64,000 nucleotides of DNA from Kiritimatiellia bacterium (GTDB taxonomy: Bacteria > Verrucomicrobiota > Kiritimatiellia > RFP12 > UBA1067), in assembly GCA_050949565.1 (NCBI GenBank), contig JBMNFY010000017.1, positions 448,001-512,000 of the forward strand, read 5' to 3'. A program made the position numbers and the translations under genes. The stretch's first letter is position 1, and each line of letters starts with the position of its first letter. Under the pieces are notes generated by a model. It made no database searches. It was given only the letters and a program-made list of their open reading frames with translations, and was not told where the DNA came from. Below, piece after piece: positions 29,655-39,500 of this stretch.

Positions 29655-30790
29655 AGGGTCAAGTGTCACCTGACCGGCGGCGGTCACGCCGCGATTTTTC
29701 GACCACGAAACACACAAAACACACGAACGGACACAGCACTGCTTCCATTTTTAACCACGAATGATGCAAATCAGGCGGGATTGTCACGCCCTTTCAGGGC
29801 TGATGCCGTGGGTTGGCATCTGACCATAGGGCGTTTCCCTGTGTTGGTATATCACGCCCCTTCGGGGCTACTTTTAAACGACGCTCCAACTCTTGTCATC
29901 AGGCTTGCGAAGCAGGATCGGGCAAGCGCCTGCTTGCCCGCGGACGAGCAGACGCTCGTCCGGTGCTCCGCGAGGGAACCTGAGCGGAAGCCGGCTCGCG
30001 GGGAGACTCGCCCTCCAATCTTCGCGCCTTCGCGCCTTCGCGTGAAACAACCGAGCCATGCCCCTCCCCAAGAACTCTGTGTTCTCTGTGCGCTCTGTGG
30101 TTCCAAAAACCGAGCAGAGCCCCAAAAAATCGGCGTAATCTGTTAATCTGTGGATAAAAAAAACGAACCATGCCCACCCAAAAACCTCTGTACCTCTGTG
30201 TCTCTGTGGTTTGACAACTAAGGGACAGTGTGCAGGTGTGGCACGGGCATCTTGCCCGTGTTTCATGGGCGGGACGCCCATGCCACGAGGGGCTTTGTAA
30301 GAGCCCTGTGTCACATATTCGAATATGTGACACAAGGCAGTGATTGGGCGTTGGGCATCGCGCGTTTTTTTTTGAGCGTTGAGAGTCTTCCTCAAGCAAC
30401 GCACGGAACATGGCGGCGTGACCGCCGCCCGGACGGGCAGACGTTCATCCCCTCCCGGCGCTGCGCGAGCCCCGATCACAGGCTGGAAGGCGAGCGTCCC
30501 CGCGAGCCGCCTTCCGCTGTGCGCGGAGTTAGGAGTTAGCCCACCGCCCGCGCTTCGCACGGAAATGTAAATGAGAATAACTTTGGGTGTAAGTTATAGG
30601 CAAGGAGCTTTTTACTTCTGCGTTCTGCGTCCGGCGTTCAACGTTCAGCGTTCAGAGGCGGCGTGACCGCCGCCGGACGGGCAGACGCTCGTCCCTTCGC
30701 TCCGCAAGCCCGATCATAGGCTGGGAGGGCGAGTGTCTCCACGAGCCGCCTCCCGCACACAGCGCAGCGTTTTTTACCCCAAACAGAACA
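29655..30790. repeat. Large non-coding mosaic of REP-like hairpins and linker/triplet modules
   Basis: CGCCCTTTCAGGGCT..CGCCCCTTCGGGGCT (29787-29869), a four-module linker/triplet run (30020-30211), a paired REP-like element (30238-30286), a 28-bp perfect palindrome (30307-30334), and two GGCGTGACCGCCGCCGG...GGGCGAG modules (30412, 30657). Confidence 0.85.
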
Positions 30791-30822
30791 GCCACGACAC
30801 CTCATGTCCGAACCGCGCTCGT

Positions 30823-31170
30823 GCCCACACCTTGAAAGGTGTGGGCATAGCAGCCCCATCAGCCGAGCATGCCAAAACGCACCCCTCGCGCATCTGGCGA
30901 TCACGCTGAAACCCCTGTTTTTAAAGGCTCATCCCGCTCCATACGCCGCTAAACGCACCACCGGATTGACCCACGTCCGAACCACGCTTACTTCCACACT
31001 TTGAAAGGTGTGGAAATGTCCGCCCCACAGATGGGCATGCCAAAACGCACCCCTCGCGCATCTGGCGATCACGCTGAAAACCCTGTTTTTAAAGGCTCAT
31101 CCCGCTCCATACGCCGCTGAACGCACCACCGGATTGACCCACGTCCGAACCACGCTTACTTCCACACCTT
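30823..31170. repeat. 168-bp-period direct repeat punctuated by CCACACyTTGAAAGGTGTGG hairpins
   Basis: 30867-30999 and 31035-31167 differ at about 2 positions. Hairpins at 30823-30846 and 30992-31015, and a half-site at 31161. Confidence 0.9.
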
Positions 31171-31316
31171 CCAAATACACATTCCGCTTTTCATCAGAAA
31201 CACATGATCTTCGCCCCCCTGTCACTAACCGATTACCAGTTCCCTGCGGTTTAACGTGGACACCCCTCTGGAATCAGTTATACTGTGGCAGACCTTTTAT
31301 GATGGAGATCGTACTG

Positions 31317-34300
31317 ATGAGATTGATGCTGGTCGCAATTGCGGTTCTTGCCATGGTGTGCACGTCAAAGGCTACGGTGCAGACCTTTCCCGAAGGCCGG
31401 TCCTGGCTCGGAACCAGGACTGAGCTGCATGCAGACGGCAGGCGGCTCACGGTCAAGGACGCGAAGGGCGGCACGCTCGGTTCCTTCATCGCGGAGCCAG
31501 GCGGCATGTCGCTTCGTGGACTTGTCGTTTCTAACGCCGGCGATCAGCTCGTCATCGACGCGAAGGCACTTTTCAAAGAAGGTGCGACCAAGCTTGTCTT
31601 CCGGGGCTGCAATCTCGACGCGAATGCGCTCGGCGGACGTAGCGCGACGATCCTCGGCGAGGTCGAGGCACCCCGCGGCAGTGAATTCGATTTCCTCTTC
31701 GAAGGCTACGGCCAGGGGCATTACTACCGCACGAAGAAACTGAAGGGCATGGCGCGCCGCCGGACTTACCGGATGATGGCCGATGTCGAGGCCGGGCTTC
31801 GTGGCCTCCACCTCCGCTTCGATGTCCGTCGGCCGGGTGATGGCGGCTCGGTGAAGCTGGGCGCGTTCACGATCGGTACGTTTGAGGAGCAGCCGATTCA
31901 GCTCGCGAAGAAATACGTGAAGGGTGAACTCGTCTTCCACTGTCCCTTCGACGGCCATGCCGTTGCCACCGTTGGCGCGGGGCGTCGCGAGCCGCTCGCG
32001 GTGGAGAACGTCGAGTTCGTGCCCGGGCGGCTCGGCCAGGCCGCAAAGTTCTCCGCGAAGGCGAAGAGTCTGCTCAAATACGCGATCCGGGACAACATGG
32101 ATCCTGTCCGCGGAACGGTGATGATGTGGGTGAAGCGCGACTGGGACTTCTCGCTCGAGAAGCAGCCCTGGCGCTCGCTCTTCGCCTATCCGCAACCGGG
32201 CGGGCATTGGAAGAACCGCCACGGCTGCGGGGCGCTCTGGCTCTGGTGGCTCGGCAGCACCTTGCGTGCCGATCAGTCTGATCCGGACGATCTCTACACG
32301 ACGCGGGAAGTGCCCTGCGACGACAGATGGCTCCACGTCGCGTTCACTTGGGACGAGGAGGGCGTGCGGGTCTACGCGAACGGTCGGGGTGGAGGAAGCA
32401 AGGGTGACGGCTATTCGCCGATGCAGCATGCGCTCAGCCAGAGCGAGATGATTGAAGTCGATCGCAGCGGCTTCACAGAGTTCTTTGTCGGGGGGCGCGA
32501 GGGACGCGAGATCTTCGACGGTCTCATCGACGACCTGCGTATCTATTCCGCGCCGCTCGCTCCGGAGGAAATCAAAGCGATCTGGGCGGAGGGGGCCGAT
32601 CCCGCAGAGTCCATGCCCGAGAAGCCCAACTACGCGGAACTCTTTAAGGATTGGAAGGGGAGTGCCTATTCGCTCGCTCCCCTTGATCGCGCCGGCATAC
32701 CCGGCCGGATGACGCTTGTCGAGGAAATGAAGCTCGACAAGTGTCCGCCGGAGGATCGCTTCCGTAGCGTCGGCAGCTACTCCTTCAAGGAACTCGGAGG
32801 CGTCAGGTACCTCGAGGCGGATGGTAAGAGCGGCAGCCGTTTCGCGATACGTTTCACGATCGACGTGAAACGTCCGATACACTGCTTCGAGATCGACTAT
32901 CCCGACGACACCAACCGCACCGCCGACATCATCATCCAGCCGACCCGTGGCAGCGACTACATCATGCAATGTGGCGTCTTGGCCGGTGATGAATACCCGA
33001 ACACGGGCAAGATCCTCACGCACCGCTGTCTCTATTGGTCACACGCTCCGGAAGTCGCGCTCGTGGTGATGACCGCCCGTGACGGTTCGCCCGCTGCCGT
33101 TTCGGCGGTGCGTCACTATATCGTCGATGCGGACGGCCTCCCGGCGGCTAAAATCAATGAACCCGCGGCGAACAAGGACGGCTGGCGCCGCACGTTCGCG
33201 CTCTACTTCGAGGATCCGGCGATCGGCTACGATTTCGGTCTCCCGAACGAACTCAACGCCACACCGGAGGGCTACGGCAAGCTCATTGACCGTGCCATCG
33301 CCGCAATGAAGTACACGGGGCAGAATCTTTTTGCTTACCCGGGCGCCTGGTACCAGGGTCTCATAAACGACGACTATATGCCGCGGCGGCATGCGCCGGA
33401 TTTTCTGAGTGCCTGGTATGAGAAGTTTGACCGGATCGGTCTCGGGGTCGTGCCGACTGTGAACCTCAACAACATGCCGGTGAAGCCGGGGCTCGTGACG
33501 CGGGAGACGATGTCCGACGGCTCGCTCCACCCGACGCCGATCGCGATCCATGACACCGGCAAGCCCAATTGGGGGAAGTGGCACGACACGCCGCCGAACT
33601 TTAATTTCGGTCATGCCGAAGTCAGGAAGTACATCGAGTCGATCGTCGACGCGCTCCTCGCTCAAGGCAGGGATCATCCGTCCTTCAAGGGTATCTGCAT
33701 GCACATGACCCGCCACTGCCTTCTGTGGTTCGGCGATGAGGAGTCGGGATACAACGACTATTGCATCGAAGAATTTGTTGGGAGTTTGGGAGATTGGAAC
33801 GTTGAGAAGTTGAAAGGTTTGAAAGGGGTGGATCGGAGCGATCCGCTTCGCGGCAAGGTCTACGCCGCGACGCTGCGGGCCGATCCTGTTCTGTGGGAGA
33901 AGTGGCTCAAGTGGCGGTGTGACCGGATGACGGAGTTTTACGCGGGCATCGCGGCGAAATTGCGCACGGCGCGTCCCGACCTCAAGCTCTGGCTCAACAG
34001 CTTCGTGCCGGCGAACTATAACCATCCCGATTTTCTCCGCCCCGATTTCATGCGACGGGCGAATATTGCGTGCGGACTGGACGGTCCCGCGCTCACAAAG
34101 GCGGCGCCGAATCTCATCCTCTGTCAGACGATGGTGCCCGCCGACTACCGCCACATCTGGCGCGGTGCCTACAAGCTCCCCGGCGCGTACGAACACCAAC
34201 GTATCCTCGACGAACTGCCCGGTTTCTACGATCTGCTCAACGGGGCGGATTATCCGTGGGTCAACCAACACGACCGCTACTGGGAATCGGCGATCGGCCG

Positions 34301-34793
34301 TGGCGCGAAGGGGGCGAAGAACACGCTCTCGTGCGAGTGGATGGATGAATGTCCCTGGCGGGTCTCGACGCTCAATCCCGCCGGACGCCACGCGCTGAAA
34401 CATTTTGTCGAACCGTTCCGTTACCACGACGTGCTCGGCATGTCCAAGGGCGGGTTCCTCATCGGCACCTACGGCATGGAGGACGAACTTGTGCCGTTCA
34501 TTCAGGCTTTCCGTGCACTTCCGGCGGTAGTGATGAAGGATGTCGAGAAGTTGGGGGGCTGCGAGGTCGGGACGTTGAGAGCGCAGGGGGTCGTCGTCAG
34601 GGAATGTGAATTTGACGGACGTTCCTATTTCTACATCGCCAACACAGTGTACGCGCCGCGTACGGTGACGATCGCGTTTCCTGCGGGTACGGTCGATCTC
34701 GTCACGGGACGTTCGCTGGCGGCCGATCGGTGCGGGCGACCGGTTGAATTCGTGCTTAAGCCCTATGAGTTTCGTAGCTTTTCGTCACGATAG
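31317..34793 (+). CDS. Secreted LamG-domain plus TIM-barrel glycoside-hydrolase-like protein
   Basis: Signal peptide after GGAG and ATG 31317. LamG (WLHVAFTWD...DGLIDDLRIY). Catalytic-like region FNFGHAEVR...HPSFKGI...SGYNDY...WLKWRC. Confidence 0.8.
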   Translation: MRLMLVAIAVLAMVCTSKATVQTFPEGRSWLGTRTELHADGRRLTVKDAKGGTLGSFIAEPGGMSLRGLVVSNAGDQLVIDAKALFKEGATKLVFRGCNLDANALGGRSATILGEVEAPRGSEFDFLFEGYGQGHYYRTKKLKGMARRRTYRMMADVEAGLRGLHLRFDVRRPGDGGSVKLGAFTIGTFEEQPIQLAKKYVKGELVFHCPFDGHAVATVGAGRREPLAVENVEFVPGRLGQAAKFSAKAKSLLKYAIRDNMDPVRGTVMMWVKRDWDFSLEKQPWRSLFAYPQPGGHWKNRHGCGALWLWWLGSTLRADQSDPDDLYTTREVPCDDRWLHVAFTWDEEGVRVYANGRGGGSKGDGYSPMQHALSQSEMIEVDRSGFTEFFVGGREGREIFDGLIDDLRIYSAPLAPEEIKAIWAEGADPAESMPEKPNYAELFKDWKGSAYSLAPLDRAGIPGRMTLVEEMKLDKCPPEDRFRSVGSYSFKELGGVRYLEADGKSGSRFAIRFTIDVKRPIHCFEIDYPDDTNRTADIIIQPTRGSDYIMQCGVLAGDEYPNTGKILTHRCLYWSHAPEVALVVMTARDGSPAAVSAVRHYIVDADGLPAAKINEPAANKDGWRRTFALYFEDPAIGYDFGLPNELNATPEGYGKLIDRAIAAMKYTGQNLFAYPGAWYQGLINDDYMPRRHAPDFLSAWYEKFDRIGLGVVPTVNLNNMPVKPGLVTRETMSDGSLHPTPIAIHDTGKPNWGKWHDTPPNFNFGHAEVRKYIESIVDALLAQGRDHPSFKGICMHMTRHCLLWFGDEESGYNDYCIEEFVGSLGDWNVEKLKGLKGVDRSDPLRGKVYAATLRADPVLWEKWLKWRCDRMTEFYAGIAAKLRTARPDLKLWLNSFVPANYNHPDFLRPDFMRRANIACGLDGPALTKAAPNLILCQTMVPADYRHIWRGAYKLPGAYEHQRILDELPGFYDLLNGADYPWVNQHDRYWESAIGRGAKGAKNTLSCEWMDECPWRVSTLNPAGRHALKHFVEPFRYHDVLGMSKGGFLIGTYGMEDELVPFIQAFRALPAVVMKDVEKLGGCEVGTLRAQGVVVRECEFDGRSYFYIANTVYAPRTVTIAFPAGTVDLVTGRSLAADRCGRPVEFVLKPYEFRSFSSR

Positions 34794-34819
34794 TACTTTT
34801 CTTCAGAGCCACCAAACGC

Positions 34820-35866
34820 CTACTCGTCAACGGTTTCGTCGCGTTGATAGATCGGCAACTGGCGGTAGGGAACGGTAAACGCGAGGATCACCATAGCGGT
34901 TTGGTAGTATCGATCCTGTTCGCCTCGCTCCCAGTAACCGTCCGCATGCTGCTTCGGGATCCAAGTGTCGTACATCCAACGCGAAAACTCCTGCCACTCG
35001 CGACCGCCGAGTTGGAACAACCCTTGCGCCGCATAGTACATGCCGTAAAAACAGTATTGCTGCTTCGGTAGTTCCGTGTACTTTTCCATCAGATAGCGGG
35101 CTGCTCGGCCCACAGCGGGATTACCATGCTCGCCGCACAATGAAAGGCAGAGGATACCGGCCCCCGTCAATGTGACCGCATGCGACTGCTGATCGGTATA
35201 GCCGAAGCATCCCTGCTTTTCATCGTGGCGTCGCAACACATATTCCACCGCGCTCTTGATCGCTTCCGGCGGAATGGCCGCACCGTTGAGACGCGCGGAA
35301 CGCAACGCCATCAGCGCCCAACCGCTACATGAAAAATCACTATCACGGGAGTCGGGCTGATAACGCCAGCCGCCTTGATGGTTCTTATCTTTCTCGATCT
35401 TCTGTGCATCGAGGATGATCTTCAAAGCGCGCGGCAGCGTCTGGTCGATCTTGCTCTGAAGCTCGGGACGTACCATGCCGGAGACTTCGGAGAGAAAGAG
35501 CGTGGCGATACAGTGCGAGTACATCTTACCGTCATTTCCGCCGAGATAACCGTCCGCGCGCTGGACCTCGGCAAGGCGCGTGATGATGCGTTCGACCACG
35601 GGGCCGTATGGCTCGGTACCGGGCACATGCCCGCGCGCCAAAAAAGCCATCCCGCAAAGCGCCCAGATGCCCGACGTGTTTTGCGCCATCCCGCCGCTTC
35701 CGAACGTGCCGTCCGGGCGCTGTCCGCGCGCAATCCATTCGAGACCGCGGCTGATCGAGGCGTCGATCTCTGACTCGGTTTGCACGCTTGGCTCCTCTGC
35801 GCCCCATACGGCCAGTGCCGTTCCCATGCCAAGCCACGCAATCGCATAACGACAAAACGTCGTCAT
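34820..35866 (-). CDS. Prenyltransferase/squalene-oxidase repeat (alpha/alpha barrel) protein
   Basis: QRPDG, QRADG, GGWRYQP..RDSDFS, QHADGYW and YRQLPIYQR; common PVC family; GGAGG RBS. Confidence 0.85.
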   Translation of the reverse strand: MTTFCRYAIAWLGMGTALAVWGAEEPSVQTESEIDASISRGLEWIARGQRPDGTFGSGGMAQNTSGIWALCGMAFLARGHVPGTEPYGPVVERIITRLAEVQRADGYLGGNDGKMYSHCIATLFLSEVSGMVRPELQSKIDQTLPRALKIILDAQKIEKDKNHQGGWRYQPDSRDSDFSCSGWALMALRSARLNGAAIPPEAIKSAVEYVLRRHDEKQGCFGYTDQQSHAVTLTGAGILCLSLCGEHGNPAVGRAARYLMEKYTELPKQQYCFYGMYYAAQGLFQLGGREWQEFSRWMYDTWIPKQHADGYWERGEQDRYYQTAMVILAFTVPYRQLPIYQRDETVDE

Positions 35867-35911
35867 TATCTTCCCCCTCCTATGACGGTCGATATCCATT
35901 CCGATTCGCCC

Positions 35912-35981
35912 AGTGTAGCGCGATCGGCCGGGAGGGGCAAGTGCCACTATTTGAGGAATTGAGCGCGAAATCAAACAATTG
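35912..35981 (-). promoter_or_regulatory. Partial copy of the conserved operator plus -10, copy 3
   Basis: AATTGAGCGCGAAATCAAACAATT (35957-35980) with a minus-strand TACACT at about the same spacing. Confidence 0.5.
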
Positions 35982-36326
35982 GATAGCCTGACGCACCTTC
36001 CCGCTGACGACAATGGGCAACCGCCCGAAGTACGGTATCAAGCACAATATCAAGCCGTTCGCACACGTCTTCAGCCAGTATGCGCACCACCATGAATCCA
36101 TGCTCCTGCAAGCGCAGGTCTTTGGCGCGGTCGCGCCGGTAGGCTTCGCTGTCACCCAGATGTTGTGCGGCAGCACGATCCGATAGCCGATCATTTCATA
36201 TCCGCGACAGCGGCGCGCATACACATCTTCGCGGCCTCTGAACAGCGACCGGAACAGCGCAATCTTGGCGTCAGGCGGCGACATCCTGTTCAGCTGCGAT
36301 AGTTCGGCTCGTGATTTGTATAGCAT
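35971..36326 (-). pseudogene. Collapsed remnant of a primase(TOTE-type)-SF2 helicase-DUF559 gene
   Basis: SPPDAKIALFRSLFRGREDVYARR (N-terminus) is fused to RRCRGYEMIGYRIVLP (helicase C-terminus). Another frame then gives AQHLGDSEAYRRDRAKDLRLQEHGFMVVRILAEDV (DUF559/Vsr-like end). Confidence 0.7.
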
Positions 36327-36337
36327 TGCTTTTCTTG

Positions 36338-36510
36338 ATAACGCAGAGACGCAGGAACACAGAATAGCGGCGTGACCGCCGCCGGTCAAGCAGACGCTTG
36401 ACCCTCCCGGCGCTTCGCAAGCCGGATCACAGATCGGGAGGGCGAGCGTCCCCCAAAAAAACCTCTGCGTCTCTGCGCCTCTGCGTTAAATAAACCCGAG
36501 CCATGCCTTT
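36338..36510. repeat. Modular intergenic repeat mosaic
   Basis: GGCGTGACCGCCGCCGGTCAAGCAGACGCTTGACCC...GGGAGGGCGAGCGTCC (near-identical to 45592-45674), followed by CTCTGCGTCTCTGCGCCTCTGCGTTAAATAAACCCGAGCCATGCC as in the 120-bp unit. Confidence 0.85.
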
Positions 36511-36529
36511 CCGTGTTCCGTGTCTATTT

Positions 36530-39500
36530 CTACCACGGCCAGAGCGAGGGCGACTCATAGACCTTGACCAGCTTGATGAGTGCACGGTCATGCCCCGCGC
36601 TTGTAAACGCGACGCGGGTGGTACCGGAGCGGAGCAACGGCACGTCTTGCGACAGGCGTCCCTCGGCCAGCATCTCGCGCTTGGCGTTCAAGACCCGCCA
36701 CGACCGGCGGTCACGGCAGATCAGGCGCTCGCCGGCTTTGAGCGTCACCGGGAAGTGCACCGTCTGTCCGCCGATGGTCAGTCGCGGCTCAGCCATCGCG
36801 CCGCACAACTCAATCTCCAATGCGGCGCGCTCGCCGGGCCGTACTGCCACATCCCAACCGACACGACCGACGTCGTTTGATGCCAGCGCCACACGCGGCA
36901 TCTCGTACTCGCGCTTAAGTTGCGTCCAGTCGACCGCGCGGCGCGACCGCCGCGTTCCAAACGGCTCGCCGAAGGTCGTCACCGAGACTTCGGCGCGGCC
37001 ACCCGCGCAGGTCAGTGCATTGGCCCCCGACCGCATATCCGGCCAGATTTCCGCCGCGCACTCCACACGCGCAAGCGGCTCGCCCCGCTCGCTGTAGTGT
37101 GTGAAGATTCCGTCCGGTTCCAGTTCGGCGAACTCGCCGGAAGCCAACGTGAACGGCACGGTCAGGCGTTGGCCGTTGACGGTCAGTGACGGCCGATCCA
37201 ACTTGACCGGCTTGACCGGCAGCGCCTGCACGGGGCTTACGATTACATCCACGCCGCCGCCCGGCGGCACTGCGTTGAGATAGAGGCTGACCTGCGCAAT
37301 GTGCGCCATGTCCAGATTCGTGCGGAACAACGCATGCGAGCCGGTTCCCCGGTAGGGCCAGACAAACTCGTCGAGGCGGGCGGTGTCGCGCTCGCGCGCC
37401 AACAGCGTCACATAGCGCCAGCCGGTAAAATCGAGCGTGACGTAGTGATCCGACATCGCGCCCATGAATTCACGCGGACATCTGAGTTGCAGGTTGAGCA
37501 ACGCGCCCGAGCCGTCGCCCTTGACCCACAGCCCGAAGGCACCGGTGCCGCCGATGTGACGATAAGGCGCGGGGAAGGTCAGCGTCGCACACGCCCAAGC
37601 ACCGGTCACCGTCGTACCGCGGTTTTCCGCGCGCAGCCGCAGGTTTCGCGGACCACCGCGCGTGTCATCGGTCACCTCGGAAACGCCGAGTCGCACGGAT
37701 GAAGCCGTGGTGGTCTTGAACGCCGCAAACTCTTCTGCACTCACCAGCGGTTTAACGCCGGGCGCGTTTGTTGGCGCGGCGGTGTAGAGCGCCTCCACGC
37801 GCACGCAGAGCGGCTGCCGCGCCGCCGGATTCACGACCTGCCAAGCAGCGGAGCCGTCATCCGGGCCGGTGATGCGCTGCGTATGCATCGTGACCGGCGT
37901 GAAGCGCCACTCGCCGTCGGCGTTTTGCCGCAGACGAAACTCGGCACCGGCCCCGACGAGACGCGCCACAGTGGCATCATCGAAGTATCGCGCCAGGCGC
38001 AAATGCTCGTACCAGCCCAGTAGCGTGAATTGACGTTCCAGATGGACCGGCAACGGCGCGTTGTTGACATTGACGCCCTGAATGGACATCGCGGCGTCCA
38101 GCGAGAGATTCTTGCAGGCGAAGTACTCCATCTCGTCCAGATGGTGGCCGCGCGCGAACGACGTCGCCATGCGTGGTGCCCACCACCCCATCTGCGGCCC
38201 GAGCAGATCGGTTTTGCGATACCGCTCGCACACCCTGACATGATCGTCGTGGAAAAGCTTCGCCGCCCAGACCGGATGATCCCAAGTGCCCAGCCGCGAA
38301 TGGAACCACCAGTTGTGTGCGCCGTAACAGCTCGCCTCGATCACCGGGTCGCCATTCAGGCGGCGCATGATGTTGTGGCGCATGGCGTCGATGCCGTAGC
38401 GGCTCATCATGCCTTCGGAACCGTCGAAGTAGAGCTGGTCCAACTTGCAGGTGTTAAACACATGCGCGATGCACGCCGAAAGCTCGTCGGCCAACGGCGA
38501 GTCAGGCTGCGGGTAGAAGGCGATGTAGCGTTGCTGCAGATAGTCGGCCTGCGCACCTGCGGCATGGGCGGCGGGACGTGTTTTGAAAGCGCCGCGCGTG
38601 CAGGCTTTGAAAGCGTAAGGCTGTTCGCGCGAGATTTCGGTGTACTGAATGATCTCGCTGCCGATGCGGATCGCATTGCCGTTGCCGGAGTAGGTGAAGA
38701 CCGTGTCGTGACGCGCCGAGGGCGGCTCGTTGACGTATAGCACGGTGTCGGTCGGCGAGAGCGCACGAGCCAGCGTATAGCTGTCGAACGGAATCAGGTG
38801 CGGGCTCGCCTCCGGCGTGATCCACGAGTCGCGCGGATCGATGCACGCGGTCAGGGTGTGGATGCCGGCACGCAGTCCGGCATCATGGATGCGGGCGACC
38901 GCGTCCTGCATGTCAGGCAGACCGCGCGGGTAATAGTTGGTGCGCACCGCATAATGGCCGAGCGTCTGCCACCAGCCGTGCAGGTGGATCGTCGAGAAAC
39001 CGCCGCGCCGCGCGATCTCGATCCAGTCGTCAGTCGCGGCATACGCGAGATCGGCGAAGAGATAAGAGCCGCGCGCCGACTCCGCCTCCAACGCCCAAGG
39101 GCCGCCGCTGCGCGAGAACGGTACGCCCGCATAGAGCGCCATCTCGCGCAGCATCGCCGGCATCTGGTCTTTAGGACCGGCGGCGAGTCCGGCGCGCCAG
39201 CCGGTGAGTCCGTGCTTCGCGGTCGTGGAGACCTGAAGTGCGTTGCCCTGGATTTTGGTTTCAACCGGCAGTTCGTAGCCGCGCAGACAGACGGCGTCGA
39301 TATCATCCGAAAGCATGTTGGCCATGCCGCCGTGATAAGTAGCGGGCGCAGTCGGCAATTCGCAGAAGGTAAGCGCGACCGCATTCGAGAGCGTCAACGC
39401 GCACACCGTGAAGGTCAGGAAATCGCGACGCGCATCGACCTCCAGCACGGCGTCGCCTTGGCCGCGCGGGAAGGAGAAGGTGAGCCGGTTGCCCTGCGCG

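Noticed and set aside
29781-31316. Short ORFs in the repeat mosaic and the 31008 start of the 1261-aa ORF
   Set aside because: They are translations of repeat modules. The signal peptide and RBS point to ATG 31317.
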